From: a virus | Taxonomy: Duplodnaviria > Heunggongvirae > Uroviricota > Caudoviricetes | Direction: 5' to 3' (one strand) | Length of the DNA: 64,000 nucleotides | Virus record (IMG/VR): IMGVR_UViG_3300042535_000037 | Span: 36,031-100,030 of that record | Shown here: one piece after another, positions 37,228 through 47,087 of the stretch | How the letters are laid out: each line of letters begins with the position of its first letter | Numbering within the stretch: position 1 is the stretch's first letter | Notes under the pieces: model-generated | Seen by the model: only the letters and a program-made list of their open reading frames with translations | Databases searched by the model: none | What the model was told of the DNA's origin: nothing | Made by a program: the position numbers and the translations under genes

Positions 37228-40200
37228 ATGAAAACTATTTCGTTTGTATTGCTTTTACTTCTAATATCAGGAGTAGCTTCTGCTATGACAGACTACAAAG
37301 GTATTATTGAACTGAATAACGCTGACCCTACACGTATTAATCAAACTTTAAAGCTTGCTATTCCTTATTCTACTGGAATGGACTCAGACTTTTCAAACGT
37401 AGCTTTTTACGATGATAGCGGTACGCTTCTAAAAGCATTCAGAATGGAATATACTGCCTCTTCTACTGCAACTTATTATGTTCAGGTTCCAGAGGTAAAA
37501 CATGGTTATAGTAAAATTTACATCGCATTAGATGAGTCTTTGTCAACATCTTACGCAACCGATGACTCCGTATTTATTTTCTATGACCCACTTATTGCAA
37601 ATACTACTACATTTACTCAGTACACTGCATCTGGTTCTAACTCAGTTTCATATGATACAAACGGAATGTATATTACTGGTTCTGGCAAGTCCTTGTTCCT
37701 CACGTCAGTAGACCTTAATTCCTCAGTACCAATGGTCCTAGAAGTAGAAGCAAAATCAACAGACGAAACAAATAGAATGTATACACAAGACCTATATTTA
37801 ACACCATTTTATCTAAACACTACTGCATACAGAAGTTTCCCTGCGTTGTTCGGAGACTATAATGATGCCGTAACCTTAGCTTACGGTAGTGCTCGTTCAA
37901 ATGACAAGCAAATTACAGAAATAGATATGACAAATGGAGTAGACGTATCTCTCAAGCCATTATCATACATAGATAACCTCGAAGATGTGAGTCATGACCT
38001 CATGGAAGTATACGAACCCACCTCTCCAAATGGTAACTACTATGGTATATATTCAGGCTCCGCTACTGGTGTACACTACGCTTTCAATACAAATCAATAT
38101 CTATTGACAGATTGGGCTACATCATCAGGTGATATCAATGATGCCACTCAGTATGGATACCTAACATGTACAAATGAATGGAGTAAGTATGGAGATTCAA
38201 TATACTTTAATGGTATAAATGGATTTACTCAAACTACTTACAAGTTTGACCCCTATGATGCAGGAACAGATATAAGTTTCTGGATTAATCCATCTTTATC
38301 TACATATTCATCAGATATAATTTTCTACGGTGTCAACTCTACCTCTGGAAGTCGCCTAGCTGTACAAATCAACTCCAATACCTTATCTTTATATGGTAAA
38401 AATAGTACAGGCTCAACATTTACTTCATCCACAACTACATTTAGCCCAAAAACAGAATACTTCATCCAAGTAAAAACAGTTAGTGAAAGTGGTCAAAATC
38501 ACATGAAGTTCTACGTCAACAACGTACTCATAGATGACGATGTAGTAGTAGGAGATGCTACTCTTGACTACTTCAGACTTGGATATGGACTATCATCTAA
38601 CACAAACTACAATGGTTTCATGGATGAGCTTAGAATCAACTATAAGGTTCCTACCCAAAATGCTTATCTCATGGCAACTGATTGTTCAGGAGCCTATTCA
38701 ACTCCTTCACTTACAGCATATGTAGATAATGTATATCTTGGAACAATAGGATTACGTGACCAATCAAAGCTTTCAAACAATGAAATAGGATTCCTGTCAA
38801 AAGGTCTTCCAACAAAGTACAAGAATCTCATAGTTACAAAGTACAACTTCAACAATGTAGACTACGATGTAACTTACTTTACAGTAGATACGGATGAAGT
38901 CTTGTTCCCTGAAGTATCTACGACCCTTAACTTCAGCGAAGCACATGACTCTTACGTTGTAAGAACTACAATTCCAAAGACATCCAACATAGATAGTGAC
39001 TTCTCTAATGTCAAAATAACAAATGGTGCAGGCGTTAGTTTACCATTTTATGTTGAATCCACAAGCACAAATTCTGCAATAATTAACGTAAAACTTACCA
39101 ACGTAGCAGAAGGAGAAAACCAAATCTATGTCTATGCTGGTGACTCTTCAATGAGTTCAGAATCAAGTGCTCTTAAAACATATGACTTTTATGATGAATT
39201 TAGCGAATTAAGTACTGTTAAATGGGATTATCCAACAGAAGATGTCTCAGTATCAGAAGGTCAACTATGTTTAGCAGAAGATGGTGTATATGCCACATCT
39301 AAATATAGAACAAATGAAAGTAATGAATTAACTACATATATTGAATTCAATGATGATTATTTCCTTACTCATAGCTTTGGTATGACTAGATACTTAGGCG
39401 ATGTAACAGAAATTACAGGATATTCATCATCTTCATTCCCATATTCGTTTAGAATGGTAGAATTTGAGATGGCTATTGGAGAAGATGTTAGAGATATAAT
39501 TCCATATTTAAGAGCAGGTGGAGATACATACAACTCAGCTACAGGTACTCAGAAAAATGCATATACATTAGAAAATGCCAAGTATAATATTACATATAAT
39601 TATACTTCTAATGTTTTAATAGCAGACTCTTCAAGTGGAAATTTTGTAGTTTCACAACTTTCAAATAATCTAAATAGTCAAGAAGTATCTCCTTTCTTTG
39701 CTTCAAAATCAAATACTCAACCTACACGAATTAACTATGTATATGTAAGAGCTCTTACTGATGAACCTACAGTTTCATCATCTACTGACTTGGTAACTCT
39801 TACATCTGAAGACATAGCAGACGATACAATAGTCATAGGAAACTATGCTCACGTAGCTGTAGAACTTGGAGATGTACCTACAGACTTCGACATATCTTCT
39901 GTCAAAATCAATATTACAACTCCATCAACTACAACATTATATCCAATGGAAGAAGACTCAAACACTGAATGGGCGTTATGGATTCCATATCAAACATCTG
40001 GTGACTATACAATTAATGGATATGTAATCAACGATGACAAAGAATTGTCATCCAACATAACTTTTAAGATAGCACTAGCAGGTGGCTCAGGTGGCGGCTC
40101 TTCAGGCGGCTCTTCTTCCGGTGGTTCATCTAGTGATGACGAATCAACTGATACAACTTCAGAAGAGGAAACTGAAGCATCTGCTTCAGAAGAAACGGTT

Positions 40201-40749
40201 AAGACAGAACTTTTAGATGGTCAAGCTGTAGCAGAATTCACAAACTACGATGAGACAGGTCTCTCAAAAGCGACTATAGATTCAAATCTTATCTATAGTA
40301 TAACTGCATATGAGTATTCACCTACAATTGAGAACTACCTAGTATACAAAGGTTTCAAATTAGAGTCTAATAGGGAAGTCACAGAGCCAATAACTCTAGA
40401 GCTCAAGGTACTAAAGTCATGGGTAGAAGCAAATAACGCCAAAGAGCCTGTAATTCAATCCTATAGCTCAGGAATATGGACCGCGTTAGAAATTACCTCT
40501 TCTTCAGAAACCAGCGAGTACTATGTCTATGAAGTCCAAATAGACAATATTGATAATCCAATTGCAATTACGTACTCTCAGGGCGGTTGGTCTCAATACA
40601 TACCATCCATAGACACAAGTGCATTACCTGAAGCTATAACAGGTTCATTCTTGGCTCAATTTGCAATTGCAGGAGCAGTTTTCATAGGAGCAATAGTTCT
40701 CCTTACCAGAAAACCAAAAAAGAAAGGTAAAAAGAACGTCAACTTCTGA
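37228..40749 (+). CDS. giant cell-surface protein with LamG/concanavalin-like domain, Gly/Ser linker and C-terminal TM anchor
   Basis: signal peptide; YFRLGYG...NGFMDELRI LamG-like; GGSGGGSSGGSSSGGSSS linker. Confidence 0.7.
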   Translation: MKTISFVLLLLLISGVASAMTDYKGIIELNNADPTRINQTLKLAIPYSTGMDSDFSNVAFYDDSGTLLKAFRMEYTASSTATYYVQVPEVKHGYSKIYIALDESLSTSYATDDSVFIFYDPLIANTTTFTQYTASGSNSVSYDTNGMYITGSGKSLFLTSVDLNSSVPMVLEVEAKSTDETNRMYTQDLYLTPFYLNTTAYRSFPALFGDYNDAVTLAYGSARSNDKQITEIDMTNGVDVSLKPLSYIDNLEDVSHDLMEVYEPTSPNGNYYGIYSGSATGVHYAFNTNQYLLTDWATSSGDINDATQYGYLTCTNEWSKYGDSIYFNGINGFTQTTYKFDPYDAGTDISFWINPSLSTYSSDIIFYGVNSTSGSRLAVQINSNTLSLYGKNSTGSTFTSSTTTFSPKTEYFIQVKTVSESGQNHMKFYVNNVLIDDDVVVGDATLDYFRLGYGLSSNTNYNGFMDELRINYKVPTQNAYLMATDCSGAYSTPSLTAYVDNVYLGTIGLRDQSKLSNNEIGFLSKGLPTKYKNLIVTKYNFNNVDYDVTYFTVDTDEVLFPEVSTTLNFSEAHDSYVVRTTIPKTSNIDSDFSNVKITNGAGVSLPFYVESTSTNSAIINVKLTNVAEGENQIYVYAGDSSMSSESSALKTYDFYDEFSELSTVKWDYPTEDVSVSEGQLCLAEDGVYATSKYRTNESNELTTYIEFNDDYFLTHSFGMTRYLGDVTEITGYSSSSFPYSFRMVEFEMAIGEDVRDIIPYLRAGGDTYNSATGTQKNAYTLENAKYNITYNYTSNVLIADSSSGNFVVSQLSNNLNSQEVSPFFASKSNTQPTRINYVYVRALTDEPTVSSSTDLVTLTSEDIADDTIVIGNYAHVAVELGDVPTDFDISSVKINITTPSTTTLYPMEEDSNTEWALWIPYQTSGDYTINGYVINDDKELSSNITFKIALAGGSGGGSSGGSSSGGSSSDDESTDTTSEEETEASASEETVKTELLDGQAVAEFTNYDETGLSKATIDSNLIYSITAYEYSPTIENYLVYKGFKLESNREVTEPITLELKVLKSWVEANNAKEPVIQSYSSGIWTALEITSSSETSEYYVYEVQIDNIDNPIAITYSQGGWSQYIPSIDTSALPEAITGSFLAQFAIAGAVFIGAIVLLTRKPKKKGKKNVNF

Positions 40750-40785
40750 CGTTACCTTTTTATACACTCCTTGCCTTCTCTTTTT

Positions 40786-40974
40786 ATGTCAAAACAAAAA
40801 TGCCCTGAATGTGTTATTGGCGTATTGACAAAACTTTCTCCCGAAGAAACGGGAAATTCTAACCAAACTCAACCACAATATATTTGTGAGAATTGCGGTT
40901 GTATTTGCGTGGCATCAAAAATCAAAAAAGTCTACTCGACTATAAACATAAAAGGCTTTAACCTGCACCAGTGA
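40786..40974 (+). CDS. zinc-ribbon protein
   Basis: CPEC...CENCGC; promoter 40750-40785. Confidence 0.45.
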   Translation: MSKQKCPECVIGVLTKLSPEETGNSNQTQPQYICENCGCICVASKIKKVYSTINIKGFNLHQ

Positions 40975-40979
40975 TATAA

Positions 40980-41216
40980 ATGGAACCCATAAAATGTCCA
41001 TCCCCAAAATGTAGAAAAGGAATACTCTCACCATGCAACGATAGAGAGTATAGACAATTCCAATATTCAAAAGACATTACATCTGACAAAGTTGTTCAAT
41101 CCAGCAACGGATTTTTCAACACACTGCTCTTTACACATCTTGCAGATGAAATACTCGTTGCCTGCAATTGCTGTACACATCACCATGTAGTAAAAAAATC
41201 AAGGATTGGATTATGA
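40980..41216 (+). CDS. zinc-ribbon protein
   Basis: CPSPKC...CNCC. Confidence 0.45.
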   Translation: MEPIKCPSPKCRKGILSPCNDREYRQFQYSKDITSDKVVQSSNGFFNTLLFTHLADEILVACNCCTHHHVVKKSRIGL

Positions 41217-41572
41217 CCATCTTCAAGCAAATCAAAGAAGACCTTCAAGATGTCTTCTTTATTTTACAAAATCCACACCTCTATTATGACCATATGCCTT
41301 CAGAAATAGTAGACTTTACAGATACTCAAATGACTTTCCACTTGAATTCAACGGTGGGAAAGTATCTTTCTGCTATGAAAATTCCCATAATAAAAACAGA
41401 TTTAGATGTCTTTAAGGTTTCTGACCTTTATGCCTTCCTTGCATCAGAAGAAAACATGAAAAAATTATCTGTTTTTTACGAACGCATTGACCTAGTTGAT
41501 TCAGGCTTGGAGAAGGAAATCAAAAGCTACACCGAGAATATGCACAAAATACTTCTCTCAATAATGTTTTAA
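41168..41572 (+). CDS. hypothetical protein
   Basis: ORF. Confidence 0.45.
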   Translation: MLYTSPCSKKIKDWIMTIFKQIKEDLQDVFFILQNPHLYYDHMPSEIVDFTDTQMTFHLNSTVGKYLSAMKIPIIKTDLDVFKVSDLYAFLASEENMKKLSVFYERIDLVDSGLEKEIKSYTENMHKILLSIMF

Positions 41573-41793
41573 CATATGCAAACAACATCGGTATACACAA
41601 ATTAACTTTGTAAACAGTCTAAAGAACCTCGCCTAAAAAATCTCGGTTTTTTCGTTATCTAGCTAAACTGTGTATATACCTTAATTTTCTTTTTTAAAAA
41701 ACTTATTCGTTATGCATCGGCAACTGTATAAACCAAAATCCTGAGAAATTGCCTATAATAGTATATCTGAAAGATAACTCAAAATATACTATT

Positions 41794-41882
41794 TTTTCTT
41801 ATTTTCATAAGTAATCTCTATTCTACTATATAAATACTATCTAATTTTTTATTTTTTTCTTATTTTCATAAGTAATCTCTAT
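41794..41882 (-). repeat. two copies of a 28-bp repeat carrying minus-oriented leader motif ATTACTTATG + ATG start fragment (orphan promoter/gene-start copies)
   Basis: ttcttattttcataagtaatctcta x2, 60 bp apart; no ORF follows. Confidence 0.5.
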
Positions 41883-41973
41883 ACATGTATATAACTATTA
41901 TCTAACCTCAAAAAACACACAAAAACTAAAAACACTATCTGTAAAGAACATTGCAAATAAAAGTCCTGAAAAA

Positions 41974-42696
41974 TTACTTACAATTAGACTCACGTATAAA
42001 CTTCAAGGTCTCTTCGTGACCAAGATAAGTCCTGAATCCAGTTATATCATCAAGATTTCTTCCTTGCATAACAAGTTGATATCTACTCTTCTCAGTTCTT
42101 CCAAACTTATGTAGCTTATCACCATATTTTCTATGTATACTCTTCATCTGTTTCCCGCCAGCATACACTAGGTACTTGTCTCCACATTTCCTACATATCC
42201 CTTCAGCTATAGGAAAGTCCATTATTGTTTCAAAAATTAATGAACTAAAATTAACTTTCTCTTCATTTAGCTTTTTGCAAAGATTTGTAGCACATTCATT
42301 TGAATAAAATGCCTTACTTCCCTTGTAAGCACAATCCATTTCTATTTTTGTGAAATAGCCAAACCCTCTTACATAATTAGCAGAATAATTTGATTCTCCC
42401 AAGATAGAATCCCAAGCTACGATGAACTCATCCTTTAGAGAACACACAATTATTTCATACAACTTTTCATCTTCAGCCTCTTCCTTCATCATTCTCTTTG
42501 CTTCTACAACAATCTCTTCTCCTACTAACTGAGGCTCCATCTCTTCTACTATCTCTATATAAGTTTCAAGAGTCATAGGTTCAGCTACTTCTTCACCATT
42601 ACCAGTATAATTGTGTCCAAATTCCTTTAAAGCAGCTTTATCATCATTAGTATAATCTGTTTCCTTTTCTTCTTCGTATGAATGCTTATAAACCAT
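41974..42696 (-). CDS. hypothetical protein with C-terminal Cys/His cluster
   Basis: minus-strand canonical promoter at 42697-42760. Confidence 0.55.
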   Translation of the reverse strand: MVYKHSYEEEKETDYTNDDKAALKEFGHNYTGNGEEVAEPMTLETYIEIVEEMEPQLVGEEIVVEAKRMMKEEAEDEKLYEIIVCSLKDEFIVAWDSILGESNYSANYVRGFGYFTKIEMDCAYKGSKAFYSNECATNLCKKLNEEKVNFSSLIFETIMDFPIAEGICRKCGDKYLVYAGGKQMKSIHRKYGDKLHKFGRTEKSRYQLVMQGRNLDDITGFRTYLGHEETLKFIRESNCK

Positions 42697-42811
42697 GTAA
42701 TCACTTAATTTTAATTTTTACATAAGTAATAGCTATTCAAATATTTAAAACTTTGTATACAAAAATGCCTCAAAAATAAGTAATCGCTAAAAAAGTATAA
42801 AAAGGTTTTCT

Positions 42812-42955
42812 TTAGAGCATATTTGCTGCTTGCTCCACTAAGTTTTCCTTATTCTCTTTCTTAGTAAAGAACTGCTTTCTATCTCTAATTGCTATATATC
42901 CAATTACCATCACAAAAATTGTGACACTAAACCAGAAGAATTCTATTGAATCCAT
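42812..42955 (-). CDS. 47-aa membrane peptide
   Basis: minus-oriented canonical promoter at 42960-43010. Confidence 0.35.
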   Translation of the reverse strand: MDSIEFFWFSVTIFVMVIGYIAIRDRKQFFTKKENKENLVEQAANML

Positions 42956-43020
42956 TTTCTATTCTCCAAATAAGTAATAGTTATTTAAATATTTAAGCTT
43001 ATCCATAAGTGCGAAACACT

Positions 43021-43330
43021 TATATATGCTAAAACACATTACTTACTATTGGTACGAAATGAGCATTCGTACTACGGCTCTTGAGTGAGTTACAGACTGC
43101 TCACCCAATATAAACATACATTGTATATTTTCTATATACTTTGCATGTAAGTCTGACAGGAAACGCCACTGGTAGACCACAGTAAAATCTCGGTGCAGAC
43201 CGCGCCAGCTATTATTTAGCAACGATGAGATAAATTGAGCAACCAAGTGCATTGCGTACAGAGGGGTTAAGTAGTGAAATGGTCGAACTTCACATAAATC
43301 TTACACAACTCAGGCGTTTCCTGTAAACCA
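43021..43330 (+). ncRNA. candidate structured ncRNA driven by canonical promoter
   Basis: promoter-leader then 9-codon ORF only; GC-rich segment with several hairpins (gtacg..cgtac, gtgag..ctcac); antisense ORF looks spurious. Confidence 0.35.
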
Positions 43331-43365
43331 TAACTTTTTTATACATAAAACACCTATTAACCTTC

Positions 43366-43977
43366 ATGTCATCAATTTCAGAGTTAGCATCTTACTTTCA
43401 CGCTCAGGTGCTAAGAATCCCACACGAAGGAACTAACCCAACTAAACGCTTCCTCACAGAAGACCAAATCTTAAAGCTCTTCACTGGAACCGTTTCTATC
43501 CAAGAAAAAGTAGATGGTAAGCTTTGCTTCCGTGAAGCTTTTGACTACGAATTCTCAGGAAAGGGTAAATTAGCTTTTATGTGGGAAGACTTCAATGCAA
43601 AAAAGTCTGTACACACTCACATAAAAAGTTACAACAGACCACCAGTAAATCTAAGAGTTTACTTAGATGCAGTTCTTGAAGTAGAGGGTTATACACCTTT
43701 CATAATTCCACATACAGATAAAGACCTTACAATTGCAACTATAAAGTTCAATGAGCCAAACATTGATGACATATACACAATACTAGAAAAACTTGCTAAT
43801 CGCAAATCCATCTACGGAGACACTAAAATAGAGGGTCTTGTAATAAAGAACTTTGGAGTCATCAACAATGTTTCAATACAAGAAATAATCCGTACTCCAC
43901 ACCTATTTCCATCCCGCCCTCTCTTCGGAAAGTACATAAACACAGAATTTGAGGATGCTTTACATGAACGAGTATAA
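43366..43977 (+). CDS. minimal covalent nucleotidyltransferase (RNA/DNA ligase-like core)
   Basis: motif I EKVDGKL, motif IV EGLVIKN, motif V FGKY. Confidence 0.5.
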   Translation: MSSISELASYFHAQVLRIPHEGTNPTKRFLTEDQILKLFTGTVSIQEKVDGKLCFREAFDYEFSGKGKLAFMWEDFNAKKSVHTHIKSYNRPPVNLRVYLDAVLEVEGYTPFIIPHTDKDLTIATIKFNEPNIDDIYTILEKLANRKSIYGDTKIEGLVIKNFGVINNVSIQEIIRTPHLFPSRPLFGKYINTEFEDALHERV

Positions 43978-44332
43978 AGAAATTACCAAGACCTTATCAT
44001 TTGAAGACTTCAAAAACATTATCTACCGTTCTAAAATGAACGGTGCTACTTTTTCAGTTGAAACAGATTTTGAAGATGCTCCAATAGAAGATGAATTAGA
44101 CTTAGAACTCCACAACGAATTCTCAGAAGTTATCCATAGAAACAACATATTTGAAATTATAGGTTTCCTTTACATTGAAGGTATAGAAATTCGTAACCTT
44201 AGTGTTCAAGTTAAACCATTCGGAACAGTAACATTCTTCAAAAATCACATTTACTACAACACAGAATCAAAAATAGAAACTCTTCTTCGCATTTGTGGCT
44301 ACATGCCTACCATAATCAAGGAGTCAACATGA
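43949..44332 (+). CDS. hypothetical protein
   Basis: ORF. Confidence 0.45.
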   Translation: MRMLYMNEYKEITKTLSFEDFKNIIYRSKMNGATFSVETDFEDAPIEDELDLELHNEFSEVIHRNNIFEIIGFLYIEGIEIRNLSVQVKPFGTVTFFKNHIYYNTESKIETLLRICGYMPTIIKEST

Positions 44333-44787
44333 GACCATCTCAAGATGAATACTACATGAACATCGCAAAGGTCGTAGCGACCCGCTCAACATGCGTTCGT
44401 AGACAAATAGGTACAGTACTTGTCCGTTACAATTCAATCCTTGCTACAGGCTACAACGGAGCTCCCAGAGGCTTACCACACTGCATAGATGTAGGCTGTA
44501 TCCGTGAACAACTCAATATCCCCTCTGGAACCCAACATGAGCGTTGCCAAGCTATTCACAGTGAAGTTAATGCAATTTTACAATGTGCTCTTCATGGAAT
44601 CTCTACAAAAGGAGCTATCCTCTATTGTACAAATCAACCATGCTCAATTTGTGCTCGCATAATTATTAATGCAGGTATCTCAAGAATCATCTATGAAGGT
44701 TCCTATCCCGATGAAGCAACTATAAATCTCTTCAAACAAGCCAACATTCCTCTTGTAAAAATGCAAGTAAAACCTTTTATACATTAA
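44329..44787 (+). CDS. dCMP deaminase (cytidine/deoxycytidylate deaminase family)
   Basis: HSEVNAI and PCSICA zinc motifs; SD AAGGAGT. Confidence 0.85.
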   Translation: MRPSQDEYYMNIAKVVATRSTCVRRQIGTVLVRYNSILATGYNGAPRGLPHCIDVGCIREQLNIPSGTQHERCQAIHSEVNAILQCALHGISTKGAILYCTNQPCSICARIIINAGISRIIYEGSYPDEATINLFKQANIPLVKMQVKPFIH

Positions 44788-44803
44788 CCACCTTTAATCT
44801 TTC

Positions 44804-45004
44804 ATGTTTGAAGAAATAAGATTCTACATAAAATACTGTAATGATAAAGGAATTCCAGTTACAAAAAATTCCATAATCAAGGAGTTCAACTTATTTCCGG
44901 TACAATTTCAAACACTAATAGATAAACTATATTCCTCAAACTCACTTTCCCAATCTTGGGATAGAATAGATAATCAACTACAACAGTGCTTCTACATAAG
45001 ATAA
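44804..45004 (+). CDS. hypothetical small protein
   Basis: ORF. Confidence 0.4.
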   Translation: MFEEIRFYIKYCNDKGIPVTKNSIIKEFNLFPVQFQTLIDKLYSSNSLSQSWDRIDNQLQQCFYIR

Positions 45005-45315
45005 ACATGTCATACGATATTGAATTAGTTTGTCCTTGCTGTGGAACTTCCATAGAAGGAACCCACGTTAAGGAAACATTTAACAGACATAAAATCTATT
45101 ACGACAAACTTGACAAAGAACAAGGAATTCGTTGGCTCTACGGAAAATCCTATGCTCAAATAAAAGACCGTTGCCATTATTTCATCAAAGAAGTAGGAAC
45201 TGACATAAACGGTTATTTCTACGATGGTGAAGATGTAGGCTATGCAGGCATAATTATCCAAAAAATTCTTACATACGCAAAGGAATATCCATTCGCTGTA
45301 ATCAAAGGTGACTAA
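44986..45315 (+). CDS. zinc-ribbon protein
   Basis: CPCCG. Confidence 0.45.
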   Translation: MLLHKINMSYDIELVCPCCGTSIEGTHVKETFNRHKIYYDKLDKEQGIRWLYGKSYAQIKDRCHYFIKEVGTDINGYFYDGEDVGYAGIIIQKILTYAKEYPFAVIKGD

Positions 45316-45640
45316 ATTGACTAAACTCTCCCGCAACTTAATTACACGTTTTGACAACATGAGAAACGTTCGTATTGCCATAAATCACAACTTTATTCAA
45401 TGTGAAGAAACAACAGAAGGCTTCTCAATCTTTGCAGGTGAACGTGAATCTTACGTACAACTCTCTTTTAATAAGCGTTGGGAACCCACATTTTATAACA
45501 TAATAGGTGTTCCACTACCCATCGCTAAGTACTGCTATGCCACATCTCCAAATTTCCAGCAATACTTAGAGAAAATCGAAGAGTACGTTCTCGAAAAATA
45601 CAACATAATAAAATCAGATGCACAAACCCTATTAAAATGA
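45308..45640 (+). CDS. hypothetical protein
   Basis: ORF. Confidence 0.45.
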   Translation: MTKLTKLSRNLITRFDNMRNVRIAINHNFIQCEETTEGFSIFAGERESYVQLSFNKRWEPTFYNIIGVPLPIAKYCYATSPNFQQYLEKIEEYVLEKYNIIKSDAQTLLK

Positions 45641-45996
45641 TTCAAAAATCAAGACCCAAACAAATAATAAATTTGACACCTTCATTATCTCCTGAACTAA
45701 AATCTCTTGGAGTCGTAGACATACCTGCTCTTTCAAAGCAAATTCTACCTCTTCTTTTATTTACATCTCTACCTACAGAAAAGATACTTACAGTAAGAGC
45801 AAATGACATAGTTTCCCTTCTCAACCAACAATTCTCAAAAGAAACAGGAGAAATCTACGTTCTTATCTCGGCTCCACAATTCTTTACTCCATTTCTTCAA
45901 GAAACCCTCATTCGTCATTGTTATCATCCCCTCTATTCCTACACAGTAAAAACATCCGAAGGTTTCAAACATAAAGGCTTCATTGACCCAATGTAA
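45637..45996 (+). CDS. hypothetical protein
   Basis: ATGA coupling. Confidence 0.45.
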   Translation: MIQKSRPKQIINLTPSLSPELKSLGVVDIPALSKQILPLLLFTSLPTEKILTVRANDIVSLLNQQFSKETGEIYVLISAPQFFTPFLQETLIRHCYHPLYSYTVKTSEGFKHKGFIDPM

Positions 45997-46028
45997 CCTT
46001 TTTATACATCTTTTTCCTTTTATTTATC

Positions 46029-46625
46029 ATGAAAATTAAATTAATAAACGTACTTGCAGCACTAGTTTCACTTATAATCATCTACCTAATAGGAAAACCG
46101 ATATATCAATCATTAATGGACTTTACTTTATTCTCAGTTACATCCATTACTCTTTACGTTATAGTTATAGCATTATCAATTAAGTTCTTCTATAAACCAA
46201 CAAGAGCTTCTCCCAAAGATGCATCCATCATCTCCAAGTTCCTAGAATCTGAAGTTCAACTCCGTTACGGTATCAATAAAATCGAAAAAGACTATCAGCA
46301 AGACCTTGAACAAGCCCTGCTTTTACTCAAGGAACGTCACAAATACCAAATCAAATATGAATCTACCCACAACGATAACCGCATAGACTTTCTCATAAAC
46401 AATAAAATTGGCATAGAGATGAAACTCCACAAAGGCGGCTCCCACACTCGCAGAGAGCTTTACTCTCAAGTCACTGAGTACTCCCGTTACTGTTCTTTCA
46501 TCATATGTCTCGTAATAAATGTCACTGAAGAAGACAACCTTGCCCTCAAAACATCAATACTTGAACAACTTTCCCATCAACACGCCACTAGAAACTACAA
46601 AGTAATAGTAGTTTCTACTATCTAA
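46029..46625 (+). CDS. membrane-anchored protein with PD-(D/E)xK-like motif
   Basis: two N-terminal TM helices; E...IDFLINNKIGIEMK. Confidence 0.35.
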   Translation: MKIKLINVLAALVSLIIIYLIGKPIYQSLMDFTLFSVTSITLYVIVIALSIKFFYKPTRASPKDASIISKFLESEVQLRYGINKIEKDYQQDLEQALLLLKERHKYQIKYESTHNDNRIDFLINNKIGIEMKLHKGGSHTRRELYSQVTEYSRYCSFIICLVINVTEEDNLALKTSILEQLSHQHATRNYKVIVVSTI

Positions 46626-46747
46626 TTTCACAATTTATTCCTTTTTTGGTCATTCAATTGACAACTCATTTATATACCCATTGTCAAAGCCTTGACAAGA
46701 CCTTAATTTTACATAAACTATAAATATAATTACAACATTTCCTCTTC

Positions 46748-46930
46748 ATGAAACTTAGTGTAATAATCATATTCTCTTTTCTATTTGCTTTCACTTTCCT
46801 ATATCTCAATCCCGTTATTCCAATTCTTCTAAAACTAAAACCTCTTCTCTACACATTCTCCCTAGTTTACATTATCTTCTGCTACATGATTTACATCTCG
46901 CTTACTCAAAAACCAACCAAAAAGAAATAG
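46748..46930 (+). CDS. small membrane protein
   Basis: hydrophobic. Confidence 0.4.
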   Translation: MKLSVIIIFSFLFAFTFLYLNPVIPILLKLKPLLYTFSLVYIIFCYMIYISLTQKPTKKK

Positions 46931-46951
46931 CCTTTTATACCAAAACAACAT

Positions 46952-47074
46952 CATTATTAACATGACAAAATCAGTTAAGAAAAATAAATATGAAAATATC
47001 ATGGGTATAGATATCCAAGATGCAATATTTGGTATAATTTTAGGTTTATTATTAATTATAATGTGGAAAGCTAC
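46952..47074 (+). CDS. 40-aa membrane peptide
   Basis: hydrophobic. Confidence 0.3.
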
Positions 47075-47087
47075 AATGGGGTAAAAG

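Noticed and set aside
41794-43010. Possible CRISPR array (short direct repeats cataagtaat... recurring)
   Set aside because: Only 2-3 irregularly spaced copies. The repeats are minus-oriented copies of the promoter-leader motif (attacttatg + ATG), not spacer-separated CRISPR repeats, and no cas genes are present
16838-43330. Homology between ncRNA candidates A and B (shared acgatgag, taagtag, caagtgc)
   Set aside because: Shared 7-8-mers occur in different order and are within chance expectation for two ~250-nt sequences
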